A DNA stretch of 64,000 bases, from assembly GCA_044222185.1 (NCBI GenBank), contig JBGANV010000002.1, positions 192,001 to 256,000 on the forward strand. Reading direction: 5' to 3'. Positions within the stretch are counted from its first letter, which is position 1, and each line of letters starts with the position of its first letter. Made by a program: the position numbers and the translations under genes. The DNA is from Planctomycetota bacterium. Lineage in GTDB: Bacteria; Planctomycetota; GCA-002687715; CAIWVZ01. Under the pieces are notes generated by a model. It did not search any database and was not told the DNA's origin. It saw only the letters and a program-made list of their open reading frames with translations. Of this stretch, positions 19,066 to 32,793 are shown in pieces.

Positions 19066-19495
19066 TCACTTCAACCGGTCGGAGACGAGCTTGGCGACGA
19101 GCTTGCCGTCGGCCTTGCCCTGGATCTTGGGCATGAGCGCGCTCATGACCTTCCCCTGCTCCTTCTTCAGCGACGCGCCAACCTCCTTGATGGTCGCGTC
19201 GATGATCGCCGCGAGCTCGGCCTCCCCGAGTTGCTCCGGCAGGAACTTCTGGAGCACTTGCAGCTCGCCATTCTCCGAGTCGACGACGTCCTGGCGGCCC
19301 TGCGCCTGCGCGGCCTCGATGGCTTCGCGGCGCTTCTTGATGTTGCGCTGGAGGATCTGCATCAGCTCGGGGTCCGTCGCCGTCTTGCGCTCGTCGACCT
19401 CGAGCTTGCGGATGTCCGAGTTCAAGAGCCGGAGCGTCCGGACCGAGACCTCGTCCCGAGCCTTCATCGCCGTCTTGTAGGCTTCGTTGATCGCA

Positions 19496-19512
<17 letters not shown>
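19066..19512 (-). CDS. yqeY: GatB/YqeY domain protein
   Basis: KTAMKARD...LRLL...KKRREAIE...E..VLQKFLPEQL...GKVMS..MPKIQGKADGK. Confidence 0.9.
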
Positions 19513-22105
<2,593 letters not shown>

Positions 22106-22422
22106 GGGCCTCTTCTGCTCTCATCCCGACCAGGGCGGACGTGGCCGCATCACCGGTCTCTCCATGACGGTCCCGAAACAGGCGCCGCGGCGCTCGTGGC
22201 CGCGGCGTTGGGCCCCACTCGGGGCGACTTGGTTCGGGCCGCAAATGGTATGTGAAATCGGGCCCATCCAAACGGTTCAGATGAGGTCTCGTACACGACT
22301 TTTTTCCGGGTGACGCCGGCCTTGCGCGCCGCTCCCGCGCCGATCCGCGGTTGTTAGCATCGCGCGCACTTCCAACTGCGGAAGTCCAACGCACACCACC
22401 ATCGGTTCAGGAGTCTTGGGAT

Positions 22423-24468
22423 ATGTCAGATCGGGTTGGAGGACCTTCCGGTCCCGGCGGCGCGCCCACCGGACCGCGCCGGGGCTTGTTCGCACGCAAC
22501 CCGTTCCTGGTGATGCTCCTGGCCGTGGTGATGGTGCTGGTCGTCAGCAACGTCCTGAACAACACCAGCGAAGTCCTGCTGGATTACAGCGAGTTCCAGC
22601 GCCACGTGGAGGCCATGCCCGAGCGCGGGAAAACCGAGGTCGCGGGCCCCGAGTCCAGGGCCGCCTCGCTACCAGCCGCCAGCCGCCTTCCGTTCAAGGC
22701 CGACCCGCCGTTGACGATCACCCCCACCACCATCACGGGGAAGATCCGACTCTCCGAGCATGCCAAGGCCAAGCGCAACCGCGTCATCCCGATCACGTCC
22801 GACCTCGTGAACGACTTCCGGGTCGAAAAGGGCAACGTCAAGGACGAGGAACTGGTCAAGCTCCTCACGGCCCGGGACATCCCGTTCCGCTTCGAACGCC
22901 CGAATGACTGGGGCACCTACCTGGTCTTCGGCCTCCCGATCCTCATCTTCCTGGCGTTCTTCATGATGATGTTCCGCTCCTCCCGGATGACCGGCGAGAA
23001 CGTCCTCTCGTTCGGCCGTTCGCGCGCGAAGATCGTCGGCGAGGACAAGACGGGGGTCACCTTCGACGACGTGGCCGGAGCCGATGAAGCCAAGGAAGAG
23101 CTCTGCGAGATCGTCGACTTCCTGAAGGAGCCGGATCGGTTCACGTCGCTCGGAGGCAAGATCCCCCGCGGCGTACTCCTCGTGGGCGCACCGGGTTGTG
23201 GCAAGACGCTGCTCGCGCGAGCCGTCGCCGGTGAGGCAGGAGTTCCGTTTTTCTCGATCTCGGGCTCGGACTTCGTGGAGATGTTCGTGGGCGTGGGCGC
23301 CGCCCGTGTCCGCGACCTGTTCAACACGGCCAAGCAGAAGGCTCCGTGCATCATCTTCGTCGACGAGATCGACGCCGTGGGCCGCCATCGTGGCGCGGGA
23401 CTCGGGGGCGGGCATGACGAACGCGAGCAGACGCTGAACCAGCTCCTCGTCGAGATGGACGGCTTCGACCCGCGAAAGGGCGTCATCATCCTGGCCGCCA
23501 CGAACCGGCCCGACATCCTCGACCCGGCCCTCCTGCGCCCCGGTCGATTCGACCGCCACGTGGTCCTCGACAGCGCCGACGTCCGCGGCCGTGAAGCGAT
23601 CCTGAAGATCCACGCCCGGAACAAGCCGCTGGCACCCGACGTGGATCTGGCCGACGTCGCGAAGCGCACGCCGGGATTCACGGGAGCCGACCTCGCCAAC
23701 GTCATGAACGAGGCGGCCCTCCTCGCCGCGCGTCGTCGCCGCACCAACATCTCGCGCCGTGAGGTGGAGGAGGCCGTCGAGCGGGTCGTCGCCGGCCCCG
23801 AGCGTCGCAGCAAGGTCATCGGACCCCGCGAGAAGCGCATCCTCGCGTTCCACGAACTGGGGCACGCGCTCGTGGCCCGGTTCACGCCGGATGCGGATCC
23901 CGTCGCCAAGGTCAGCATCATCCCACGCGGCAAGGGCGCGCTCGGCTACACCCTCACCCTGCCGACCGAAGACCGCTACATCATCACGAAGGAGCAGCTC
24001 CTCGCCCGCATCCGCGTGACGCTGGGCGGACGCACGGCGGAGGAACTGGTGTTCAGTCACCAATCCACGGGCGCGGAGGACGACCTCCAGAAGGTGACGC
24101 AGCTCGCGCGCGCGCTCGTCTGCCGCTTCGGCATGACGGAGGCGCTCGGTCCGATCACCTACGACCGCTCGCCTGAGAGCCCGTTCCTCGGACGCGAATC
24201 CGGGCAGCGCGAATCGGTGTCCGAGCGCACGGCCGACCTCATCGACGTGGAGGTCCGGCGCATCGTCGACGAGTGCCACCAGGAAGCTCGCAGGATCCTG
24301 GAGAGAAACCGGGACGTCCTCGACTCGCTCGCAGCCAAGCTCATCGAGATCGAAGTGCTGTCGGCCGAGGATTTCGAGAACGCGATCCGCGATTCCCAGG
24401 CCCGCCGGGACGGCGCGGCGACCACCACGGCCGCGAGCGAGATCCCGCCGGCGACGCCCGCGAGCTGA
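22423..24468 (+). CDS. ftsH: ATP-dependent zinc metalloprotease FtsH
   Basis: Two TM segments, [45 protein letters not shown]. Confidence 0.97.
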   Translation: MSDRVGGPSGPGGAPTGPRRGLFARNPFLVMLLAVVMVLVVSNVLNNTSEVLLDYSEFQRHVEAMPERGKTEVAGPESRAASLPAASRLPFKADPPLTITPTTITGKIRLSEHAKAKRNRVIPITSDLVNDFRVEKGNVKDEELVKLLTARDIPFRFERPNDWGTYLVFGLPILIFLAFFMMMFRSSRMTGENVLSFGRSRAKIVGEDKTGVTFDDVAGADEAKEELCEIVDFLKEPDRFTSLGGKIPRGVLLVGAPGCGKTLLARAVAGEAGVPFFSISGSDFVEMFVGVGAARVRDLFNTAKQKAPCIIFVDEIDAVGRHRGAGLGGGHDEREQTLNQLLVEMDGFDPRKGVIILAATNRPDILDPALLRPGRFDRHVVLDSADVRGREAILKIHARNKPLAPDVDLADVAKRTPGFTGADLANVMNEAALLAARRRRTNISRREVEEAVERVVAGPERRSKVIGPREKRILAFHELGHALVARFTPDADPVAKVSIIPRGKGALGYTLTLPTEDRYIITKEQLLARIRVTLGGRTAEELVFSHQSTGAEDDLQKVTQLARALVCRFGMTEALGPITYDRSPESPFLGRESGQRESVSERTADLIDVEVRRIVDECHQEARRILERNRDVLDSLAAKLIEIEVLSAEDFENAIRDSQARRDGAATTTAASEIPPATPAS

Positions 24469-24543
24469 CCTGAGCGGAAACGCCGCGCGGCCATCGACGT
24501 TCGAGGCCGCACGCCGGCCGTGCGATCGGAGGCGAGGGCCGTG

Positions 24544-24897
24544 ATGAAGCGTTTTTCCGCGGAGGTCTACCAGGGGCACACGACGGACTGCGGTGCGATC
24601 GTTCCCTTCGATCCGTCGCGCGAATGGAAGACGGCCGAGCTGCTTCCGATCGGGTATCGCAAGCACGTCGGATATGCCGTCAAAGGCAGCCTGGACGGGA
24701 AGCCGTTCGAAAGCTGGGTCTTCCACTACTTCCACCAGTGGCGACTGATCGTGCCGGCGTCGGCCCTGCGGGCGGCCGGAGTGGGAGCGGGCGACAGGGG
24801 CCGCTTCGTCCTCGGGCCCCATCCCGAGCCCGACGCCGTCAGGAAGTTCACACCAGGCCCAAAGCGACCGAAGACACGCGCCGCGCGACCACGATGA
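24544..24897 (+). CDS. DUF1905-like small beta protein
   Basis: F.A.....VPFD...W.....VKGSLDGKPFES.....LIVP..LRAAGVGAGD pattern. Confidence 0.6.
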   Translation: MKRFSAEVYQGHTTDCGAIVPFDPSREWKTAELLPIGYRKHVGYAVKGSLDGKPFESWVFHYFHQWRLIVPASALRAAGVGAGDRGRFVLGPHPEPDAVRKFTPGPKRPKTRAARPR

Positions 24898-25034
24898 TCG
24901 CCTCGATCCGCGACGGCGCCGCTCGGGACGGCACCGCATCCGGGTGCCAGACCGACGTGTGTCGCGCACCAATCCGGGCGGAAACTCCGTTCCCCTCGTT
25001 CCACGTCCATGGTGTACGGTGACGGGAACGCCTC

Positions 25035-27971
25035 ATGGGAAGTCGTCGTGACCACCGCCTCCTCGTCGTCCTCTGGCTATGCCTGTTCGGGACGATCGCG
25101 CCCGCGCAGCAACCGCCGTCGAGTCGGCGCACGGCGGATTCGCGGCCGTCGGTGACGGCGCTCGCGGAGGCCGTCGCCGCGGCCGACCGGGACCACGGTC
25201 CGACGAGTTCGAAGGCCGCGTCGGCACGGCGAGCCCTCGCCGACGGTCTGCACCGCGCCAGGCGCGTCAAAGAGGCCATCGCGATGTTGCGCGAGTCGCT
25301 CGCGATCCTCCGCGCACAACCGAGCCCGGACCCCGCGCACCTCGCGCTCACGCAAGGCTCGCTTGCCGCCGTGCTCTACTCGCAGAACGACGTGGACGAG
25401 GCCCTCGCCCTCGCCCGGGATGCAGTGGCCAACGCTCTCGTCGCCTTCGGCGATTCCCACGCGACGACGTGCCGCATGATGTTCATCCAGGCCGCGATCG
25501 AACTCCGCTGCGGCCTTTCCGAGGCAGCCCTCGTCACGACGCGCCGCCTGCTCGCGATCCAGCGTGACGCGTCGACGGCGGACGCCGCCACGATCCATCA
25601 GACCCTCGCCGGGCTCTGCGACGTCTACATCGCGTTGAACCGCTACTCCGAAGCCCGCGCGGCGCTGGAGGAAGCCGAAGCCCTCGCGCGGACGAGCCCC
25701 GCGGTTCCGACGCTGTCGCGCGCGAACGTGGCGGCCTCGCTCTCGTTCATCGAGACCCGGCTCGGTCGCATGGCGGAAGCTCGACGGCATGCGGAGCGCC
25801 AGCTCGCGCTGCTCGATTCCGCCGGCAACGTTCCGCGCCGTGAGCGCCTGGTCGCACTCGCGAACGTCGCCGCGATGTGTCTGACGTGCGACGATCGCGA
25901 CGCCGCCCGCGACTCGCTGCGGCGCGGGGCCGAGTTGGCGGCCACGATGCCGGCCGACGAGCTGGATTCGCAGCTACTGCTCACGCTCGCCACGCTCGCC
26001 CGGCGGATCGAGAACCGGACTGAGGCAAGGGAGTTCGCGTCGAAAGTGGAAGCACGGGAGTCGGCTCGCGACGAACCGGACGTCGCGGCGCTGGCGCGCG
26101 CGCTCGAGGTCCTCGGACTCTGCTTCATGGACGAGGGCCGACCGGACGAGGCCGTTCCTCGCCTGGAGCGTGCCGTCGCCGAATGTCGTCGCAGCCTCGG
26201 CATGGCGCACCGCGTGACCGCCGCGATCCTCAACACGCTGGGAACCGCGCACCTCGCCAACGGTGCGACCGCGAATGGGGAACGCGTGCTCCGAGCGTCG
26301 CTCGGCGCGGCGCGCGACGCACTCGCCGAGATGACGTGCTCGCTCTCCGAATCCGAGCGACTGGCGCTCATCGGCCGCTCTCGGCGGGTTCTGGATCAGT
26401 GGCTATCCGTCGCATTGGCCTCCGACGTCGATCCGAGACTCGTCGCGGACGAAGTCGTGGCCTGGAAGGGTCAGGTCCTCCGCGGGCTTCTCGTCGAGCG
26501 AAGCTGGATTCGAGCACATGCAGGCGCGGACGTGCCTGCGCTCCAGGCGCGGCTCGCGCGCGTGATCGACGATCTTGCACCCGAATCGTTGCTGGCGACC
26601 GCGTCGGGGCGGCCCTCGGTATCTCCAGGCGTACTCGTGGCGGAGCGCGAGCGTCTCGAGCGTGAGTTGCTGGCGCGAAGCCCCTCCGGGATCCCAGGGA
26701 AGACCTCCGCGGTTGCAGTCTCTGACGGGCTTCGCGACGACGAAGCGATCCTCGATTTCCTCGCGTACGGCCGCGGCGTGGTCGCGCGCGGCGACACGCA
26801 GATCACGCCGTGTCTTCTGGCCGTCGTCCTGCGACACGGCCGCCCACCGAGAGTCGCGGACCTGGGCCCGGTGGCCCCGGTGCGCGCCGCCGTCGACGCG
26901 CACATCCAGATCGCGTCCCGCTCGACCGTCCCCGATCCCTCCGCCGAGCCTCTCTCCGTCGCAACCGCGGCCGCAGCGCGCCGCGCCCTGCTCGAGCCGG
27001 TGGCGTCGGATCTCGCCGGCGTGCGGCACCTCTTCATCGTCCCCGATTCATTTCTTTGCGGCCTTCCATTCGAGACGCTGCCCGGGTCGGAGCCGACTCG
27101 CTACCTGCTCGAAGAGCTGGATGTGACCTATCTCGCGTTCGCCGGCGCTCACGAGAGGTCACCCGGTGGGGGCCCCGCATCGCGCCCTCGTTCGCGACGC
27201 ACTCTGCTTCTGGGCGACGTCGCGTTCGGTGATCCCGACCCCGCCGAGTCGCGCCCGTCGGAGTTCCGTACCCTCGCCGGATTCCCGCTGGATCCACTCC
27301 CGGCGACCGCCGCCGAGATCGAGGCCATCGCCGCCATCCTGGAGCGCGGCGGGGTTTCGTCGCAGGACGTCGTTCGACTCACGGCGGCGAATGCGACCGA
27401 GGCAGCCGTGAAACGGCTGGCGAGCGGGGCCCGGATCCTGCACCTGGCGACGCACGGACTGTTCGCACCGGACTTGGACCCCTCGCGTCACGCCGACGGA
27501 TCCATGGGATCCGCTACGACGACCGCCGTCGAGTCGCAACGCCCCTTCGTCCGCTCGGCGCTCGCCTGCGCGGGGGCCAACCGCCGAGGTCCGCCAGGCA
27601 CCGATGACGGGCTCCTGACGGCGGCCGAGGCGACCTGGCTCGACCTCGGGACCTGCGAACTCGTGACGCTGTCGTGTTGCGAATCCGGTCTGGGCACCGC
27701 GCGGAGCGGCGAGAACCTGCTGGGGATGCGCCGCGCGCTCGCGCTCGCTGGTGCCCGGTGCGTCGTCTCCAGTCTTTGGCGCGTCACCGACCGTTCCGCG
27801 AGCGACGTGATGACTCGCTTCTATGAACGCCTGATCCTCGGAGGCGAGCCCAAGTCGACGGCGCTCCGAGGGGCGCGGCTCGACGTGCTCCGCGAGTGCC
27901 GGGCACGGTCGCGAGGCCAGGGGCTGCCCGGCGTCTGGGGTGCCTTCATCCTGGATGGAGATTGGCAATGA
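25035..27971 (+). CDS. TPR-repeat + CHAT (caspase-like) protease with signal peptide
   Basis: Kinesin-light-chain-like TPRs, then FIVPDSFLCGLPFETL, LHLATHG (His), LVTLSCCESG (Cys), GARCVVSSLWRVTD, WGAFILDG. Confidence 0.9.
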   Translation: MGSRRDHRLLVVLWLCLFGTIAPAQQPPSSRRTADSRPSVTALAEAVAAADRDHGPTSSKAASARRALADGLHRARRVKEAIAMLRESLAILRAQPSPDPAHLALTQGSLAAVLYSQNDVDEALALARDAVANALVAFGDSHATTCRMMFIQAAIELRCGLSEAALVTTRRLLAIQRDASTADAATIHQTLAGLCDVYIALNRYSEARAALEEAEALARTSPAVPTLSRANVAASLSFIETRLGRMAEARRHAERQLALLDSAGNVPRRERLVALANVAAMCLTCDDRDAARDSLRRGAELAATMPADELDSQLLLTLATLARRIENRTEAREFASKVEARESARDEPDVAALARALEVLGLCFMDEGRPDEAVPRLERAVAECRRSLGMAHRVTAAILNTLGTAHLANGATANGERVLRASLGAARDALAEMTCSLSESERLALIGRSRRVLDQWLSVALASDVDPRLVADEVVAWKGQVLRGLLVERSWIRAHAGADVPALQARLARVIDDLAPESLLATASGRPSVSPGVLVAERERLERELLARSPSGIPGKTSAVAVSDGLRDDEAILDFLAYGRGVVARGDTQITPCLLAVVLRHGRPPRVADLGPVAPVRAAVDAHIQIASRSTVPDPSAEPLSVATAAAARRALLEPVASDLAGVRHLFIVPDSFLCGLPFETLPGSEPTRYLLEELDVTYLAFAGAHERSPGGGPASRPRSRRTLLLGDVAFGDPDPAESRPSEFRTLAGFPLDPLPATAAEIEAIAAILERGGVSSQDVVRLTAANATEAAVKRLASGARILHLATHGLFAPDLDPSRHADGSMGSATTTAVESQRPFVRSALACAGANRRGPPGTDDGLLTAAEATWLDLGTCELVTLSCCESGLGTARSGENLLGMRRALALAGARCVVSSLWRVTDRSASDVMTRFYERLILGGEPKSTALRGARLDVLRECRARSRGQGLPGVWGAFILDGDWQ

Positions 27972-28146
27972 GGCCTCGCCGCACCGCTTTGCGAGCGACT
28001 TCCGATCAGGACGTAAAACCGGAGCCATCCCATGCTCTCAGCATGTCGACGGGACGATTTTCGTCCCCCCGGAGATCGACGTGCCGACTGCATGCGAATC
28101 GCGGCGGAGATTGGGCCGGTCCCCGATCCGACGCGGAATCGAATCG

Positions 28147-28716
28147 ATGACGGAAACGCCGGCCAGCCGCGACCTCGCGCTGCTCGTGCGCTGGCGAGAC
28201 GGCGACCGCGACGCGGGCACCGCACTCCTCTCGCATTACAAACGCACGTTCCACCGCCTGTGCCTGCGTCTCGGCGTAACCGACGAGGACAGCATCGTCG
28301 ACGTCTTCCAGGACGTCGTCCTCGTCGCGTTGCGTGAGCTCCCCACCTTGCCGGAGCGCATCAGCCGGAGCTTCGCGGGCTGGTTCCTCTGGCAGGTTCG
28401 CGACGCCGTGGGACGGCGGCGACGACGACGGTTCCGCCCGCTCGACGCGGATCCGCTCGCGCAGGATCCCTTGCCTTCCGAGCGAGCCGCCTTGTGGGAA
28501 GGCATTCAGCGCTGCTGGAACAAGCTGCCCTCGGCCGAGCACCGCGTCTTCGAGCTGCGCTTCCTCGGAGGGATGACGCTCGCGGAGGTCGCGACGGAGA
28601 CGGGCACGAACGTGAATGCCGTCGGGCAGGCGATCTTTCGGCTGAGTCGCAAGCTGCGCACATGTCTCGCGAAGTCCGGGTTCGGATCCACGGATGGAGA
28701 AGGAGACATCCCGTGA
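28147..28716 (+). CDS. ECF RNA polymerase sigma factor
   Basis: D..LLVRWRDGD..A, DVFQDV, SFAGWF, CWNKLP...RVFELRFL.GMTLAEVA. Confidence 0.85.
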   Translation: MTETPASRDLALLVRWRDGDRDAGTALLSHYKRTFHRLCLRLGVTDEDSIVDVFQDVVLVALRELPTLPERISRSFAGWFLWQVRDAVGRRRRRRFRPLDADPLAQDPLPSERAALWEGIQRCWNKLPSAEHRVFELRFLGGMTLAEVATETGTNVNAVGQAIFRLSRKLRTCLAKSGFGSTDGEGDIP

Positions 28717-29513
28717 CACACGCCGTCGAAATCGAGGACCTGGCGCGATTCGCAGAGGGCACGCTGCACGTGTCCGAGCGGGAACGCGTCCGCAGCCACG
28801 TCGACGGCTGCATCGAATGTCGAAGCCAGCTCGCGGACCTGCGCGCCATCGACAGGATGGTCGGGCCGGCGGATCCCGGTGCGATGGGACGGATCCCAGA
28901 TGCGGACATCTCCGCACCGCTGGAAAGACGGCTGGATGCCATCCTGCGGCGGGTGATCGGCGGCGAGGTGGATACGCGCCCGGGACGACCGTGGTGGGCG
29001 CGCCCGCGTTGGATCACGGGCTTCCTTGCCGTTGCCGCGTCGATCGTCCTCACGGTGATGCTGCGACACGACGCCGCGCTTCCGCCCGAATTGCAGGGCC
29101 GGGTCGTGCTGACGTCGCAAAGCGAAACCGTCCGGAGTGGCCGCCAGCCCTCGTTCCATCTCGAACTCACGCTGGGCAGAACCGGTTTCGTCGCGGTCTT
29201 CCAGGCGTCACCGCAAGGCCTTCGGCTGATCTTCCCGAGCCCGAACCCCGTCCTCGGGACGTTCGGGATCACGGACCGGATCGCGAAGGGCACGCCGGTC
29301 CGCATTCCGCCCAGCGCGGTCGCCGACTACCCCGCGGCACAGCTCTCGCCCGGCAGCCGGCTCTTCGCGGCGATGCTCACGCAACTCCCGACGACGGCTG
29401 CCATGCAGGCCGTCGTCGACGAGATCAACCGCGAAGGTCACCCGGACGTGCCCGCGCTCCAGCAGGCGCTCTCCGCGCGGCTCGGGCCCGTCACGATTCT
29501 CGACGCCCCGTAA
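28713..29513 (+). CDS. Zinc-finger (zf-HC2) anti-sigma factor with a TM helix and DUF4384-like extracytoplasmic domain
   Basis: GTG overlaps the sigma stop. HVDGCIEC motif, TM FLAVAASIVLTVML, then a beta domain with LIFPSPNP. Confidence 0.75.
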   Translation: MTHAVEIEDLARFAEGTLHVSERERVRSHVDGCIECRSQLADLRAIDRMVGPADPGAMGRIPDADISAPLERRLDAILRRVIGGEVDTRPGRPWWARPRWITGFLAVAASIVLTVMLRHDAALPPELQGRVVLTSQSETVRSGRQPSFHLELTLGRTGFVAVFQASPQGLRLIFPSPNPVLGTFGITDRIAKGTPVRIPPSAVADYPAAQLSPGSRLFAAMLTQLPTTAAMQAVVDEINREGHPDVPALQQALSARLGPVTILDAP

Positions 29514-29751
29514 AACCACGACTCACTGGATCTCTACACGACGACGGGGTCGTCGAGCGTGAAATCCGACGTTCCGGCGCTGGCGTTCGCCGCCAGACGC
29601 CCCGACCGTCGCGGAATCCATGGCGACGGACCGATGCGCAGGCTCCGCGCCGCGTTCGGCGAGCTCGTGCTCACCGGTGTAAGGCTCAGGGCGCTTCCGG
29701 CTGATCAGTCAGCGACATCCACTCCAGCAACCCACACAGGCGCGATTCACC

Positions 29752-32706
29752 ATGACTTCCCAAACGACTCTCACCGCGTCCGCAGTCGCCGTGGCGCTCG
29801 TCGTCACGTTCACCGCATCAGCACAGACCTACCCCGTTCGAACGCTGAGCGGATCCACGTTGACGGGAGGATTCGCAACCGCACTGGCCGTGTGTTCCGA
29901 CGTGGATGGTGACGGCCACGCGGACATCGTCACGGGATCCCCCGAGGCTGGAACGGGAACGGGACACGTGAAGGTGTTCTCCGGATCGACCGGCGAGAAT
30001 CTCCTGTGCGTGTCCGACCTCGATCGCCGGTTCGGCTTCGCGCTCGCGGCATCGACCGTCGACGGGCTGCCGACGCTCGTCATCGGCGTTCCCGACGATC
30101 GGCTCGGCGGGCTGCAGTTCGGCGGCGGGTTCCGCGTCATGCATGTGGCGCGAGCTCGGACCGTACAGGGAGTCCTCTCGGGCGAGCGCCTGGGATCCGC
30201 CCTCGCCGGCATCGGCGACGTCGATGGCGACTTCGTGCCCGACTTCATCGCGGGAGCGCCGAACGCCGCGACCACGTTCATCGCTGGACGAGCCCGCGTG
30301 ATCTCTGGCCGTACGGGGACGGTGATCCGCACGCACACGGGATCTCCGCTGACGAACTTGCGGTTCGGCGCCAGTGCTTGCGGCCTCGGCGACGTGGATG
30401 GTGACGACGTGCCCGATTACGCGATCGGGGATCCCAAGGCCGACGCCGCCGGCGCCGACTCCGGTCAAGTGAAGATCTTCTCCGGCGCCACCGGCGCGAC
30501 GCTGCACACCTTCAACGGCGGGCCCGGGGACGAGTTCGGCGAGGTGCTGGTCGGCGTGGGGAACTTCGCGCCGAATGGTCAGAACCTCGAGCCGGGATTG
30601 GCCGTCGGCGCCCCGCACGCATCCGGCGGACCCGGCGCGCCAGCGTCAGGCTACGTCCGCGTGATCCGCGCCACGTCGGGCACGACGGCGTACACGCTCA
30701 CTGCTCCCGCGCTCGCCGGAGCGCTGTTCGGGTCGGCGCTCACCATTCCGAACACGCCCGCGACGGTCCTCGGCAACGGCCTGATCGTGGGTCGGCCGGG
30801 TGCGACGGTAGGAGGCGCGACGGGCGCAGGCGAGATCCGCTACTTCAACCTCACGACGGGGGCGCTCTCCGCGATCATCCAGAACCCCCAGCCGGGACAG
30901 GCAGACCAGTTCGGCGCGTCGCTCGCGCGAGGATTCCATCCGACGGGAGTGAACGACGATTACGAGATCGCCGTGGGCGCTCCCAATGGCGGTCCGAACG
31001 ACGTCGGCGTCGTGTACGTGTTCGCGGGAACGGGCCCGCTTCTCACGCAGATCCAGGGCGCGCAGCCCGGCGAGAGCTTCGGTCGGACGGTCGCCTTCGT
31101 GGGCGACGTGGACGGGGACGATCGCCCGGAACTGGCGGTGGGTTCGCCGACGTTCGGCGGAACCGCCGGTCGCGTCTCCACCTGGTCCGGATCCAACGGC
31201 ACGTTCGTCCGCGAGTGGCTCGGAGCGAACGGAGACAGCCTGGGATCGAGCCTCGCCGCCGCCGGGAACCCGATCTACGACAGGCCGATCGCGGGTGGTG
31301 TCCTCATGGGCGCCCCCTTCGCTGGCGTGGGACTTGCCGCCAACGCAGGGCAGGTCAGGACGTCGTTCGCCTACGAGATGGACGTCATCAGGAACCCGTC
31401 CGTGACGGGTGTCACCGAACACCTGGGCTCGGCCTGCGCCTTCGTCGGTGACGTCGACGCCGACGGAGCCGATGACTTCGCCGTGGGTGCGCCCGAGGCG
31501 ATCGCTGGCGGACCGGACGCGGGAAGCATCACGATCTTCTCCGGTCGCACGCATCAGCCGCTCCGGACGTCGACGTCACCGAGCGCCGGTGAGCATTTCG
31601 GCGCAGCCGTCGACGGGGTCGGAGACGTGGACGGAGATGGCGTTCCGGACGTGGCCACCGGTTGCCCGGGCGCGGACAACGTCCCGTTGGCGACCAACGT
31701 CGGACGGATTCGCATCGTCTCCGGTGCCAGCGGGGCCACCATCCGTTCGATCCTCGGATCGACGTCCGGCGAGGCGTTGGGCAGCCGGGTCGTCGGCGTG
31801 GGGGACGTGAACGGTGACGGCGTTCCCGACGTGGCGGGGGCGTCGCCCACGTTCAACCTTCTCGCCGTCGGGGCGGGAGTCGGACGCGTGCGCGCGTTCT
31901 CCGGCGCGACCGGAACGGTGCTGCGGTCGTTCAACGGAGCGTCCGCCGGGGACGCGTTCGGATCGAGCGTCGCGCGGGCCGGCGACGTCGATGGCGACGG
32001 CGTCACGGAGCTCCTCGTCGGCGTCCCGTTCGCGGAGGTCTCGGCCGCCGCCAACCAGAACACGGGTCGCGTCCATCTCGTCTCGCTCACGAGCGGCGCC
32101 GTACTCGACACGATCACGCGATCGGTGTCGCCGAACGCGGATTTCGGGACGGCCATCGCCACGGGCGACCTCACCGGCGACTGCCGCCCGGACTTCGTCG
32201 TCAGCGCACCCGGCGACGTCCTCACCGGCCGGGTCTTCGCGGTGTCACGCTTCGGTCTGCCGAACGGGGCGAGCGTGTACGGCGCCGGCTCGCCGGGCGC
32301 GGGCGGATACGTCCCCGGGATCGCCACCTTCGGCGGGACGCCGAACACGCAGGGTGCTCCCCAGTTCGGAATCGCCCTGACGTGCGCGCGCGGCGGCGCT
32401 GCGGCGTATTTTCTCGGCGGCGGGTCCAGCACGGCGTGGGCCGGCGGATCGCTTCCACAGGACCTGACCGCGTTCGGCTTGAGCGGCTGCGTGCTGCTGA
32501 CGTCGGCCGATTTTGGGATCCCGGTGATCGCGAACGGTGCCGGTGCCGGCGACGGCTTCGCCGCACTGCCCACGCCCGTTCCCGCGTCGCCCGCGCTCGC
32601 GGGGCTTCACGCATTCGGGCAGTGGATCGTGTTCGACGACGGTGCGCCCAACGGCATCGCGGCCGTTTCACCCGGTCTGGAACTCGTCATCCAGACGATC
32701 CCGTGA
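29752..32706 (+). CDS. Secreted FG-GAP/integrin-alpha-like beta-propeller protein
   Basis: Many GDVDGDGVPD.AVGAP and FG.A repeats, a signal peptide and a C-terminal ~140-aa module. Confidence 0.9.
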   Translation: MTSQTTLTASAVAVALVVTFTASAQTYPVRTLSGSTLTGGFATALAVCSDVDGDGHADIVTGSPEAGTGTGHVKVFSGSTGENLLCVSDLDRRFGFALAASTVDGLPTLVIGVPDDRLGGLQFGGGFRVMHVARARTVQGVLSGERLGSALAGIGDVDGDFVPDFIAGAPNAATTFIAGRARVISGRTGTVIRTHTGSPLTNLRFGASACGLGDVDGDDVPDYAIGDPKADAAGADSGQVKIFSGATGATLHTFNGGPGDEFGEVLVGVGNFAPNGQNLEPGLAVGAPHASGGPGAPASGYVRVIRATSGTTAYTLTAPALAGALFGSALTIPNTPATVLGNGLIVGRPGATVGGATGAGEIRYFNLTTGALSAIIQNPQPGQADQFGASLARGFHPTGVNDDYEIAVGAPNGGPNDVGVVYVFAGTGPLLTQIQGAQPGESFGRTVAFVGDVDGDDRPELAVGSPTFGGTAGRVSTWSGSNGTFVREWLGANGDSLGSSLAAAGNPIYDRPIAGGVLMGAPFAGVGLAANAGQVRTSFAYEMDVIRNPSVTGVTEHLGSACAFVGDVDADGADDFAVGAPEAIAGGPDAGSITIFSGRTHQPLRTSTSPSAGEHFGAAVDGVGDVDGDGVPDVATGCPGADNVPLATNVGRIRIVSGASGATIRSILGSTSGEALGSRVVGVGDVNGDGVPDVAGASPTFNLLAVGAGVGRVRAFSGATGTVLRSFNGASAGDAFGSSVARAGDVDGDGVTELLVGVPFAEVSAAANQNTGRVHLVSLTSGAVLDTITRSVSPNADFGTAIATGDLTGDCRPDFVVSAPGDVLTGRVFAVSRFGLPNGASVYGAGSPGAGGYVPGIATFGGTPNTQGAPQFGIALTCARGGAAAYFLGGGSSTAWAGGSLPQDLTAFGLSGCVLLTSADFGIPVIANGAGAGDGFAALPTPVPASPALAGLHAFGQWIVFDDGAPNGIAAVSPGLELVIQTIP

Positions 32707-32793
32707 CGAAGCCGGTGGTGCGGATGGAGCCGGTCGCATCGCATCGCCCCGTACGTCGAACGCGGGACGATACACTGCGCCGCCGAGACCTCC

